A stretch of DNA of 27,946 bases from Cyanobacteria bacterium J06626_4 (GTDB taxonomy: Bacteria; Cyanobacteriota; Cyanobacteriia; Phormidesmidales; Phormidesmidaceae): positions 1 through 27,946 of the forward strand of contig JBCBJQ010000074.1 in NCBI GenBank assembly GCA_038523235.1, read 5' to 3'. The position numbers and the translations under genes were made by a program. The notes beneath the pieces are model-generated. The model made no database searches and was not told the DNA's origin. It saw only the letters and a program-made list of their open reading frames with translations. Positions 1-9,129 of the stretch are shown here, piece after piece. Each line of letters begins with the position of its first letter. The first letter of the stretch is position 1.

Positions 1-11
1 TGCAGTAGAAA

Positions 12-27
12 TGTATTTACTGATACA
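12..27 (+). promoter_or_regulatory. NtcA-binding site upstream of amt1
   Basis: TGTATTTACTGATACA matches TGTA-N8-TACA (GTA 13-15, TAC 24-26). A -10-like TGCAAT (49-54, preceded by TG at 46-47) lies 22 nt downstream, the class II NtcA spacing, although this -10 is non-canonical. amt1 is a known NtcA target. Confidence 0.85.
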
Positions 28-285
28 ACTGATTGTTGCCAGAATTGGTGCAATCTTCTTACTCGAAGAGTTTGGTCAGCAATGCATGCGCGGCTAGCTG
101 TCTACAGTGCAAGCGTGCTTTTAAGCACCTAGGTGCTTGGGATGGTTTTTACCTCTATTGCATCAAGCCATTCTGAGAGAATTGTTCAGGGCTTCCTCAA
201 GCCGATCTAACTGGCGACAATTGTCCCAGCGGGTCTATGAGGATGTGTTTGCTGTCTGATTTGTGTTGAAGGGACGTTTGTCGAA

Positions 286-1749
286 ATGTCTAGATTAGTT
301 CTTCGAAAAGGTAATCGTTCTCGAAAGCGGCGATCGTCGTCTTTCTGGAATTCCAATGTGCCGCCGATTTCTGAAGCCGTTCAGTCTTATTTTGGTAAGC
401 GGAATGGCTGGCAATGGGTCGCTTGTATTCCCTTAGCTCTTGGCATCTTAGCCATTTGGGGAGTATCTGCTTACGCTCAAGATGAGATTGCTGCCGCCGA
501 CGTGCAGGCAGTGCTCGACAATATTTTCGTTTTCATTGCCGCCGTGCTCGTGATTTTCATGAACGCGGGTTTTGGCATGTTAGAAACTGGCTTCTGCCGT
601 CAGAAAAACGCTGTCAATATTCTCTCTAAAAACCTGATTGTTTTTGGCCTCGCTGTTTTGGCGTTCTGGGCCATCGGGTTTTCGTTAATGTTTGGCGCTA
701 CGGGCAATGGCTTCATTGGGGGCGGCGGTTGGTTCTTGACCGGCGGACCTGAGGCTTATGGCTTAGACGGCGGAACGTTGACGATTGATACGTTCTTCCT
801 GTTCCAGTCAGCGTTTGCGGCTACCGCCGCAACGATCGTTTCTGGTGCCGTGGCTGAACGGATTAAATTCAACGACTTCTTGATTTTCAGCATCCTGCTG
901 GTGGGTATCTCTTACCCCATCACCGGCCACTGGGTGTGGACTGGTGACGGCTGGTTAGGTGCTGCTGGGTTCTCTGACTTTGCCGGTTCTACCGTGGTGC
1001 ACTCCGTCGGTGGCTGGGCGGCTCTGATGGGCGCCGCTTTCCTCGGCCCCCGCGTTGGCAAATATCAAGATGGTCGTGTCAATGCCATCCCTGGCCACAA
1101 CATGGGCATTGCCATGTTGGGCTGTCTGATTCTGTGGATCGGCTGGTATGGCTTTAACCCTGGTTCTCAGCTGGCTGCCGATGCGGCGGTACCGTTCATT
1201 GCGGTGACCACTACTCTGGCTGCCGCTGCAGGCGGGGTCGCTGCCACCCTGACCGCTTGGGTGTTAAGCGGCAAGCCCGACTTGTCGATGATCATCAACG
1301 GTATTTTGGCTGGTCTTGTGGGGATCACCGCTGGCTGTGCGGGAGTCAACTACCTGGGTGCTGTCATCATTGGTTTGATTGCCGGTGTCATCGTGGTGTT
1401 TTCCGTCGGCTTCTTCGACAGCATCAAGATCGACGACCCGGTGGGAGCTATTTCGGTGCACTTGGTGAATGGTATTTGGGGCACCTTGGCCGTAGGCCTG
1501 TTTGCGACTGAGGGCGGCTTGTTCTTTGGTGGCGGCTTTGCTCAGCTCGGAGCTCAAATTCTAGGGATTCTGAGCATTGGTCTCTTTACGGTCATTACCT
1601 CCACCATCTTCTGGTTGGTACTGAAGGCGACTCTCGGTATCCGGGTTTCACCAGAAGAAGAGATGAAGGGGCTCGATATCAGCGAGCACGGCATGGAAGC
1701 TTACAGTGGCTTCTTGAAAGACACGAGCGATATGGGTGGGGTTTCCTAA
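286..1749 (+). CDS. amt1: Ammonium transporter (Amt family)
   Basis: Motifs [58 protein letters not shown] and [12 protein letters not shown]; many TM helices; signal-peptide-like segment ending AYA-Q; upstream NtcA box. Confidence 0.97.
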   Translation: MSRLVLRKGNRSRKRRSSSFWNSNVPPISEAVQSYFGKRNGWQWVACIPLALGILAIWGVSAYAQDEIAAADVQAVLDNIFVFIAAVLVIFMNAGFGMLETGFCRQKNAVNILSKNLIVFGLAVLAFWAIGFSLMFGATGNGFIGGGGWFLTGGPEAYGLDGGTLTIDTFFLFQSAFAATAATIVSGAVAERIKFNDFLIFSILLVGISYPITGHWVWTGDGWLGAAGFSDFAGSTVVHSVGGWAALMGAAFLGPRVGKYQDGRVNAIPGHNMGIAMLGCLILWIGWYGFNPGSQLAADAAVPFIAVTTTLAAAAGGVAATLTAWVLSGKPDLSMIINGILAGLVGITAGCAGVNYLGAVIIGLIAGVIVVFSVGFFDSIKIDDPVGAISVHLVNGIWGTLAVGLFATEGGLFFGGGFAQLGAQILGILSIGLFTVITSTIFWLVLKATLGIRVSPEEEMKGLDISEHGMEAYSGFLKDTSDMGGVS

Positions 1750-1758
1750 CTCTGCTTT

Positions 1759-1792
1759 GCACCTGTTTGCTTGAATCGAGTCAAACAGGTGC
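1759..1792 (+). other. Stem-loop in amt1 3' trailer
   Basis: GCACCTGTTTG (1759-1769) pairs with CAAACAGGTGC (1782-1792): 11-bp stem, 12-nt loop. Confidence 0.6.
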
Positions 1793-1799
1793 TTAAAAC

Positions 1800-1849
1800 T
1801 CAACAAAAAGTGGCGCTGGAAAACGTTTTCCAGCGCCACTTTTTGTTGA
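1800..1849. terminator. Perfect 50-bp palindrome, probable bidirectional intrinsic terminator after amt1
   Basis: TCAACAAAAAGTGGCGCTGGAAAAC|GTTTTCCAGCGCCACTTTTTGTTGA; GC-rich stem followed by a T-run on each strand. Confidence 0.8.
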
Positions 1850-2083
1850 TTGACTGCTCACTGCTCGAGACATTAGTAACAAATCCTTAACCCTGAAGGG
1901 ATCTGCCTGTCAGGGTGATTTCTAGAAGCGTATGATTGGCCTAACTGCTTGTACTTTAAAGCCTCGCGTTTATAGATGGCATTTGCTAACGGCAAGGCAA
2001 TCTTGAGTCATCTCACAACTTATCAACAGTTGCCCCACAACTTAACCAGCTTGCCTTTGGCCCCCCATTAGCACCCTGCATCC

Positions 2084-4129
2084 ATGCGAAATTCGGATTC
2101 TGTTGTAGAAGCCTTATTAGAGGCGATTCCTCAACTGCGATCGCAACTTTTTTTCAAAACATCCCTCACGGCCCTATCCCATGCGATGGAGGATCAGGTC
2201 TTGGCGGGCATCGAAAAGCCGCTCGTGATTGCCAGTTTTCAGCAGGAACGGTTTTATCGTCAGGAGGCCAGCCGCTATCAGCGCATTGCTGACATCAGCG
2301 ATCAGGTTTATGTGCTCTCGGCGGCGGGAACCAGCTTTGAGCTCGGGAGTGAAGGCTATGAAACGATCGCCTTTGATGAAGCCGATGCGCTGACTCAAGA
2401 GTGGCATTTAGTCGTTATTGGCACGCAATATAGTGCCTGCCTCATTTGTCGCGAACGTGACGCTGCGCCGATTGTGTCAGCATTACCCATTCCCGGTGCG
2501 CCAGCGCTTGATCAAACTCGCCGGTTTGAGGGAGTTTGGACGCAGGACCAAAGGGTCTGTCATCAAGCCGCCAACCTGTTGCTCACGCGAATTGTTGCCT
2601 ATCGACCGGCTCTAGCGCCCAAAATCAAGGCGACGAAACAGCGATATCAGTTACTCTCAGCGGTCAGCGACGCCGTCCAGATCGGGGGCGGCGCCGATCC
2701 CTTCACCCTGCGCTTGGTCACCTACTTGCAGGCCGGGCAATACAAACTGCTCAAGGCCTATAAGGCGATCGCGGTCAAAGAGCAGCGGGAGCGACTGGTC
2801 AACGCCATCACGGCGGCCATTCGGCGATCGCTCGATCCAGAAGAACTCTTTCAAATCACCGTCGATCAGCTCGGCCCCGCCCTGCAGGTCGATCGCTGCA
2901 TTATCTATCGCTGTCCGACCCAACGGGCCGAAGTCACCCTGCGCCACGAGCATCGCCAACCCGACACCCGCAGTCTGGTCGATGTCGGCTGGCCCATTGC
3001 CGACAACCCGCTACTTGAGCAGATTCGCCAAGAACACGAAGCGATCGTGATTGCCGATACGCAGGCTCCGCCCCGCCCGCTACAAACGGCACTCGATGCG
3101 CTGAACTATCTCGTCGCTGAATGGCACATGCGCTCTTGGGCCTTAGTGCCGTTGGTCTATCAGCAGCGACTCTTAGGCATGATTGAGCTGCATCACTGCC
3201 AAGACCCGCCTCACAATTGGACTGAAGAGGACTTTGCCCTCGTCGAAGCCGTGGCGGCGCAGCTCAGCGTCGCGATTATCCAGGCTGACGCTTACGCTCA
3301 CCTGCAAGAACTGAACCAACAGCTAGAGGCGCTCGAGCGGACTCGCAGCAACCTGATTGCGATTACCGGGCATGAACTCAGAACGCCACTGTCGACCATT
3401 CAAGTGTGCTTAGAGAGCCTCGCCACTGAGCCCGACATGCCCGACCAGCTGCGCCAGACGATGCTGACAACCGCCTTAGATGATGCCGAACGCATGCGCA
3501 AGTTAGTGCAAGATTTTCTCACCCTATCGCGTCTCGAAAGTGGCCGTATCGAGTGGACCTTTGAAGCCCTTATGGTCGCTGAGTGTTTTGATCTGGCTCT
3601 CAGCAGCGTCCAGGCCCGCAAGAGCGATCGCTCACCCTGCTGCCCCATCGAAGTGCAGCTGCCCCCGGCCTTACCGATGGTGCGCGCCGATGGCGAATGG
3701 GTCGTTGAAGTCATCGTCAAACTGCTTGACAACGCCTGCAAATTTACCGAGCCTAACGGCGTGATTACCGTCTCTGCCCAAGCCGCCGGTGAAGGCATGA
3801 TTCAGATCACGATTGCCGATACCGGACGCGGCATTGAGCCTTATCGGCTGGAAGCCGTATTTGATCGGTTTTATCAAGAAGAAGGAGCCCTACGACGCAC
3901 CACCGGCGGCACCGGTCTGGGCTTAGCCATGTGTCGTCAAATCATCGAAGGACTCGGGGGCCGCATCTGGGCCACCTCCGAGGGCAAAGATCACGGGAGT
4001 CAATTCCATTTCACCTTGCCGATTGCCGAAGGGCGAGCGACTTTGCACATTCAGCAAGAGACCGAGACACTGACCGACGCCGACACCCTGAGCGAATTAG
4101 AGCGCCGTAATCCCTACATTTTGGAATGA
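2084..4129 (+). CDS. Soluble DICT-GAF sensor histidine kinase
   Basis: N-terminal DICT-like motifs (KTSLTALSHAMED, FQQERFY, EWHLVV, CLIC.E, RFEG.WT); central GAF (DRCIIY...LVPL...LLGMIELH); H-box HELRTPL, N-box LLDNACKF, G1 DTGRGI, F FDRFYQ, G2 GGTGLGL. Confidence 0.9.
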   Translation: MRNSDSVVEALLEAIPQLRSQLFFKTSLTALSHAMEDQVLAGIEKPLVIASFQQERFYRQEASRYQRIADISDQVYVLSAAGTSFELGSEGYETIAFDEADALTQEWHLVVIGTQYSACLICRERDAAPIVSALPIPGAPALDQTRRFEGVWTQDQRVCHQAANLLLTRIVAYRPALAPKIKATKQRYQLLSAVSDAVQIGGGADPFTLRLVTYLQAGQYKLLKAYKAIAVKEQRERLVNAITAAIRRSLDPEELFQITVDQLGPALQVDRCIIYRCPTQRAEVTLRHEHRQPDTRSLVDVGWPIADNPLLEQIRQEHEAIVIADTQAPPRPLQTALDALNYLVAEWHMRSWALVPLVYQQRLLGMIELHHCQDPPHNWTEEDFALVEAVAAQLSVAIIQADAYAHLQELNQQLEALERTRSNLIAITGHELRTPLSTIQVCLESLATEPDMPDQLRQTMLTTALDDAERMRKLVQDFLTLSRLESGRIEWTFEALMVAECFDLALSSVQARKSDRSPCCPIEVQLPPALPMVRADGEWVVEVIVKLLDNACKFTEPNGVITVSAQAAGEGMIQITIADTGRGIEPYRLEAVFDRFYQEEGALRRTTGGTGLGLAMCRQIIEGLGGRIWATSEGKDHGSQFHFTLPIAEGRATLHIQQETETLTDADTLSELERRNPYILE

Positions 4130-4156
4130 AGCCCTCGATTTTGGCGAGAGGCAACT

Positions 4157-4217
4157 CTGAAGAACTGTTACTTTTCCTCAATAAGTCGATATACGCGTCC
4201 TTACCCGGTGATAGGAT
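4157..4217 (+). promoter_or_regulatory. Candidate psaD promoter (extended -10, possible HLR1/RpaB half-site)
   Basis: TG-A-TAGGAT at 4209-4217; GTTACTTT at 4167-4174 falls about -57 to -50 from the implied TSS; the partner half-site CTGAAGAA is a poor match. Confidence 0.4.
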
Positions 4218-4247
4218 GCCGTCAAAACGGTTGAGAGATAGCGTTTT

Positions 4248-4676
4248 ATGGCAGAGACTCTGACTGGACAAACCCCAAAATTTGGCGGTAGTACTGGCGG
4301 CTTGCTGACCGCAGCAGCGGTCGAAGAAAAATATGCAATCACCTGGACAAGCTCTACAGAGCAAGTCTTCGAAATGCCCACGGGTGGTGCCGCCATCATG
4401 AATGAAGGCGAAAATCTGTTGTATTTAGCACGCAAAGAGCAATGCCTGGCATTGGGTGCTCAATTGCGGACTAAGTTCAAGCCCAAAATTCAAGACTATA
4501 AAATCTATCGGATTTATCCCAGTGGCGAAATGCAATACTTGCATCCTGCCGATGGTGTGTTTCCTGAGAAGGTTAACGAAGGTCGCGAAACCATTGGCAA
4601 GAAAGATCGCAACATTGGGAAAAATCCTGATCCAGCGACGATTAAGTTCAGTGGTAAAGAGCCTTACGAAGTCTAG
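4248..4676 (+). CDS. psaD: Photosystem I reaction centre subunit II
   Basis: Motifs [38 protein letters not shown] and [17 protein letters not shown]. Confidence 0.99.
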   Translation: MAETLTGQTPKFGGSTGGLLTAAAVEEKYAITWTSSTEQVFEMPTGGAAIMNEGENLLYLARKEQCLALGAQLRTKFKPKIQDYKIYRIYPSGEMQYLHPADGVFPEKVNEGRETIGKKDRNIGKNPDPATIKFSGKEPYEV

Positions 4677-4716
4677 GGTTGCCAGTTTTATGGCACGGAC
4701 AACTTCATAGACTTGA

Positions 4717-4749
4717 GCAGGGGTGTGGCATGGCTACATCCCTGTTTTT
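4717..4749 (+). terminator. Intrinsic terminator after psaD
   Basis: GCAGGGGTGTGGC-ATG-GCTACATCCCTGT stem (with G-U pairs) ending in a T5 run. Confidence 0.7.
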
Positions 4750-4853
4750 GTAGTGCCCTACAATTAAACCTCTCGCCGTATCCAACTATCGGTTAGTCAG
4801 TTCTTCAAGGATTGGCAAACCGCCGCAGTCATTCACTGATTTGTACGAATCTG

Positions 4854-6398
4854 ATGGTTTTTCCTACGCTCAAGCAGTTTCAAGATCTTGCCTCCCACGG
4901 CAACTTCATTCCGGTTTATCAAGAACTTGCAGCTGATTTGGATACCCCAGTTTCGGCTTGGCATAAGGTCTGCAGTCAGGCCCCCTATAGTTTTTTGCTG
5001 GAGTCGGTCGAGGGGGGGGAAACCTTAGGCCGCTACAGCTTTTTGGGAGGTGATCCTCTGTGGGTGTTAGAAACGCGCGGGGACACCACCACTCAAACTT
5101 TTCGCGATGGCACAGTTAAAACCTACCGTGGCGATCCCTTTGCGGTCTTACCCGCCTGTCTGGCTCCCTATCAGCCAGTCAAGCTGCCGGAACTGCCCCC
5201 CGGCATTGGTGGCCTGTTTGGCTTTTGGGGGTATGAACTGATTCAGTGGATTGAGCCCACTGTGCCGGTGTACGATCGCCCCGCCGATACGCCGCTCCCC
5301 GATGGGTTGTGGATGCAAGTAGACAGTCTGCTAATTTTCGACCAGGTCAAGCGCAAAATGTGGATCGTCGCCTACGCCGATCTCCGCGAGCCGGGTTGCG
5401 ACCTGCAAGCGGCCTATCAGGAGGCGTGCGATCGCATTCACACACTCGTGCAAAAACTGCTCGCCCCCCTACAGGGTTTAAGTCCGCTGACTCGTTGGCA
5501 GTCCCCCAGCACTGGCCAGGCCGCCCCGCCACTTGACTACGTCAGCAATCGCACGCAGGCAGAATTTTGCGCCGCCGTTAATCGCGCTAAAGACTACATT
5601 CGCGCTGGTGATATCTTTCAGGTCGTCATTTCGCAACGGCTATCCACGACGTACCAAGGTCATCCCTTCGACCTGTACCGATCGCTGCGTCTGGTCAACC
5701 CCTCCCCGTACATGGCCTATTTTCACTTCAAAGATTGGCAGCTCATCGGGTCAAGCCCCGAGGTAATGGTCAAAGCGGACAATGCTCCCCAGGACGATAC
5801 CCGCAAAATCGCCACCGTTCGACCGATTGCGGGCACCCGACCACGAGGCAAAACCCCCGCCGAAGATGCCGCCTTGGCCGCCGAACTGCTGGCCGACCCG
5901 AAGGAAATCGCCGAGCACGTCATGCTCGTGGATCTCGGCCGCAACGATTTGGGTCGAGTGTGTGACAGCGGCAGCGTTTTGGTCGATGAGCTAATGGTGG
6001 TCGAGCGCTACTCCCACGTGATGCACATCGTCAGCAATGTGGTCGGTCAGCTGGCACCCGACAAAACCGCTTGGGATTTGCTGAAGGCCAGCTTCCCTGC
6101 GGGGACGGTCAGCGGTGCCCCCAAAATTCGCGCAATGCAGCTGATTAATGAACTCGAACCCGATCATCGCGGCCCCTACTCGGGCGTGTATGGCTACTAC
6201 GACTTTGAGGGGCAGCTCAACACAGCGATTACAATTCGCACCATGATTGTGCAGCCTGAGGGCCCAGACCAACATCGCGTCAGCGTGCAGGCGGGGGCGG
6301 GCTTGGTCGCCGACTCTAATCCCGAGTCAGAATATCAAGAGACCCTCAACAAATCGCAGGGAATGTTAACCGCCATTCGCAGCTTGCAGCCAGAGTAA
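4854..6398 (+). CDS. trpE: Anthranilate synthase component I
   Basis: Motifs DLDTPVS, FLLESVEGG, GDIFQVV.SQR, NPSPYM, SSPE, PIAGTRPRG, EHVMLVDLGRND, FPAGTVSGAPK and QAGAG.VADS. Start moved from the TTG at 4812 to the ATG at 4854 (MVFP), the typical cyanobacterial N-terminus. Confidence 0.95.
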   Translation: MVFPTLKQFQDLASHGNFIPVYQELAADLDTPVSAWHKVCSQAPYSFLLESVEGGETLGRYSFLGGDPLWVLETRGDTTTQTFRDGTVKTYRGDPFAVLPACLAPYQPVKLPELPPGIGGLFGFWGYELIQWIEPTVPVYDRPADTPLPDGLWMQVDSLLIFDQVKRKMWIVAYADLREPGCDLQAAYQEACDRIHTLVQKLLAPLQGLSPLTRWQSPSTGQAAPPLDYVSNRTQAEFCAAVNRAKDYIRAGDIFQVVISQRLSTTYQGHPFDLYRSLRLVNPSPYMAYFHFKDWQLIGSSPEVMVKADNAPQDDTRKIATVRPIAGTRPRGKTPAEDAALAAELLADPKEIAEHVMLVDLGRNDLGRVCDSGSVLVDELMVVERYSHVMHIVSNVVGQLAPDKTAWDLLKASFPAGTVSGAPKIRAMQLINELEPDHRGPYSGVYGYYDFEGQLNTAITIRTMIVQPEGPDQHRVSVQAGAGLVADSNPESEYQETLNKSQGMLTAIRSLQPE

Positions 6399-6572
6399 TG
6401 CGGCTCCCCAGTTCTAGAACGTCATGAACACTAGACTCGGGATATCGCCGTTAACACCGCAAGCGACTAGTAGACTGCGGCGTGATTTCACCAACCATTT
6501 CCGAGGGCTAGGGAGCCTTGGGGGCAAGGGGCCAGAGAACTGGAATAGTCGTCTTACTGCTGCCGTGGAGTA

Positions 6573-7841
6573 CTAGTCCGTTGACCCTGAAGTCTCTGCC
6601 GACAATCGTGCCGTGGTGAGCTCGTCAAGCTCAGGCTTTTGCTCTTGGGTGAGGATCACGGCCTCATAGGGCACCACGCCGCTACTCGTGCTCCCTAAGC
6701 AGTGGGCAGCCGCTTTCGACAAATCGAGCGATCTCTGCCCAATGTAAGGCCCTCGATCATTAATCCGCACCACCACTGATTTGCCATTCAACCGATTGGT
6801 GACCTTGAGATGAGTGTTAAACGGCAGCGTTTTGTGAGCCGCGGTCAGCGCGTTCTCATCAAAAATTTCGCCATTAGCGGTTTGACGACCGTGAAAGCCC
6901 GGCCCATACCAAGAGGCCGTGCCATAAAAAGATTCAGCGGTTTCTGCAAGTCCGGTAGCGGTCATTTGAATCGTTGCGAGGCCTAGAGGCGCTTCGTCAA
7001 AGGCCTGCCGTAGGTTATTAACCCATTGCACCGCCGTTGCTGTCGCCGGAATTTCGGGGTGCGATCGCAGCGTTTCATCGACGACAAACAGGAGTTCATT
7101 TTGATGGCTAACGCCCACAAAGTTTGTCCCGATCAGCGGGTTTAGCTGCGCGGGCTCTAGTTTGTCTTCTTTGATGAGAGTTCTGAGCTTGGCCGCCATT
7201 TTTTGAGCCGCAACTTGGCCAACCACATCCCCCACGAAATGGTTATGTACCCATACTTGCGTTTTAGAGGCTGATGCTGTGGTCACAGCCAGATTACTGG
7301 CTTGATAAGGGGCCGCCGCCGGCAAACAGAAATCATCAGCGCTCAAGGTCTGCGGCTGCGTGGGAATGAGTTCTGTCGTTTCTAACCGCACTGCAGCCAC
7401 CGCATTCCAGCCATGCCAATCGGCCTGCACTGCCACCTCATCAAATGTGATTTCGACCGTTTCTGGTGAGGTCTCTACCGGCGCTTCAAAACTACTCACG
7501 CCCAACCCAATAGCCGGTACTAAGGCGGTAAAGTCGTCTGCATCAGCTGGGCTCAGGGCCGCTTGAGCATCGAAACTGTCACTGGCCACCGTCAGAGTAT
7601 TGAAGTTAGGCACCAGCAAACGGGTTAAGGTCGCATAGCTACCGTAAGCCCCATAGGCATCTAAGCCAGGCAGCCGCCAACCATAGGCATCCGATAGCGA
7701 GTTGAACCAAGCAGCAGTGGACTCTAGCGAAATTGAGTCTTGCTGCTGCAGCTGATGCTCAGCAATGTCGTCTGCTGCTGTCGCTGCTGATGTCGCTGGG
7801 TGAATAATCGATGCCGCCCAGATAATTCCCAAAATTTCCAT
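6573..7841 (-). CDS. RlpA-family (double-psi beta-barrel) lytic transglycosylase-like protein with long N-terminal region
   Basis: C-terminal [44 protein letters not shown]. Confidence 0.85.
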   Translation of the reverse strand: MEILGIIWAASIIHPATSAATAADDIAEHQLQQQDSISLESTAAWFNSLSDAYGWRLPGLDAYGAYGSYATLTRLLVPNFNTLTVASDSFDAQAALSPADADDFTALVPAIGLGVSSFEAPVETSPETVEITFDEVAVQADWHGWNAVAAVRLETTELIPTQPQTLSADDFCLPAAAPYQASNLAVTTASASKTQVWVHNHFVGDVVGQVAAQKMAAKLRTLIKEDKLEPAQLNPLIGTNFVGVSHQNELLFVVDETLRSHPEIPATATAVQWVNNLRQAFDEAPLGLATIQMTATGLAETAESFYGTASWYGPGFHGRQTANGEIFDENALTAAHKTLPFNTHLKVTNRLNGKSVVVRINDRGPYIGQRSLDLSKAAAHCLGSTSSGVVPYEAVILTQEQKPELDELTTARLSAETSGSTD

Positions 7842-8078
7842 AGCAGTGTGGTAGTCGAGAACCCCATCAAAAAGAACTTCGAGAACAAATTAGATGCCCC
7901 GTGTTGCTGGATACAAAACGGTCAGACAAATCAGTATAGACACCTGTTTCCGATTTGGGGATCGGTAGGGGGCATGTACTAATGGCTGCAAGTAAGTCTA
8001 CACAAAGCTTTGCAGGAATATTAAAGAATTGGTAAATCAGCAGAACAATTTGTCTAAAACCGGAAAATCAGTGAAATA

Positions 8079-8972
8079 ATGCGCAAAAATTTACAGCCCG
8101 ATCTACCGCCAGATTTTCAAGGGGAGGCACTGCAAGCTCGCCTACAAAATCATCTGCATCAGCTGGTGGGCGATCGCGATCCCTACCTGGCTGCCGGGAG
8201 ACATCGTTTAGCCCAGCAATACATTCAGAGCACTCTAGCTCAGTGGGGTGTTCCCGCCGCCCATGACTTCCAAGTCAGAGGTCGATGCCACACCAACTGG
8301 ATCTTGCCCCTACCGGCTGCGACCGGGGCGAGTGCGAAGTCGCCGCTGATTGTGGGCGCCCACTACGACACCGTGCCCGGTACCCCCGGCGCCGATGACA
8401 ATGCTAGTGGGGTTAGCGTTTTGCTGGAACTGGCTCGCTTCTTTGCTCAGTTGCCAGCGGCCCGGCCGCTCTGGCTCATTGCTTTTGATCTCGAAGAATA
8501 TGGCCTTCTGGGAAGTCAAGCCTATGTGGAAAAGCTGAAAGCGACCCAGCAGCCCGTGCACCTGATGCTTTCGCTCGAAATGCTGGGATATTACGATGCC
8601 ACCCCGCAGAGCCAGCAGTATCCCTCACCGCTATTGACGCGGCTGTATCCCCATCGGGGAGATTTCATCGCCTTAATCGGGAACTTGAGCACCCTCTCGG
8701 TGATGCGTCGCCTCGGCCAGCACTTTAAGCGCGCCGGTGCGCCTTGTGAATGGCTGCCTGTGCCCAATCGCGGCCAGGCGGTCCCCGCGACCCGACGCAG
8801 CGACCACGCCGCCTTTTGGGATGCGGGCTATCGCGCCCTGATGGTGACCGACACCGCCTTTTTGCGCAACCCACACTATCACCAAGCGAGCGATCGCCTC
8901 GACACGCTCGACCTTGCCATGATGACGCGGGTCTGTCAGGGATTAATACAAGGGCTGCAATCCTTACCCTAG
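8079..8972 (+). CDS. M28 family metallopeptidase
   Basis: Motifs VGAHYDT, PGADDNASG, FDLEEYGLLGS, LEMLG, RRSDH and NPHYH..SD (M28 Zn ligands). Confidence 0.9.
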   Translation: MRKNLQPDLPPDFQGEALQARLQNHLHQLVGDRDPYLAAGRHRLAQQYIQSTLAQWGVPAAHDFQVRGRCHTNWILPLPAATGASAKSPLIVGAHYDTVPGTPGADDNASGVSVLLELARFFAQLPAARPLWLIAFDLEEYGLLGSQAYVEKLKATQQPVHLMLSLEMLGYYDATPQSQQYPSPLLTRLYPHRGDFIALIGNLSTLSVMRRLGQHFKRAGAPCEWLPVPNRGQAVPATRRSDHAAFWDAGYRALMVTDTAFLRNPHYHQASDRLDTLDLAMMTRVCQGLIQGLQSLP

Positions 8973-9129
8973 TAAGACAGAGTTGGTTATACGCGTCGGC
9001 AGATAACGGAGCATCTTGGCAGACCAAAACTCTGAATCTCTTACTTCTAGGAGATGTCTGAGCACTAGATGCAGGCGACTCTAGTCGAGGCATTTGATGA
9101 TCCCCTGCACACAGACAAATACAGCAACT

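Noticed and set aside
60..285. Glutamine (glnA/downstream-peptide) riboswitch upstream of amt1
   Set aside because: The expected CGTT...GAAG.AACG closing elements are not visible; only an Rfam scan could exclude it fully.
1872..1892. Possible HLR1/RpaB repeat on the minus strand (GTTAAGGA...GTTACTAA)
   Set aside because: Wrong spacing (11-bp period) and a poor first half-site.
2019..2028. DnaA-box-like TTATCAACA
   Set aside because: Single copy with a mismatch to TTATNCACA, and no box cluster or origin context.
4677..4853. trp attenuator or leader peptide upstream of trpE
   Set aside because: No Trp-rich leader ORF; the hairpin there is explained as the psaD terminator.
4812..4853. N-terminal extensions in the ORF track (trpE 4812, gdh 9094, rpmI 10909, rplY 22190)
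   Set aside because: Family-typical N-termini begin at downstream ATGs (4854, 9130, 10933, 22244), so the apparent purA/rplY overlap is an ORF-calling artefact.
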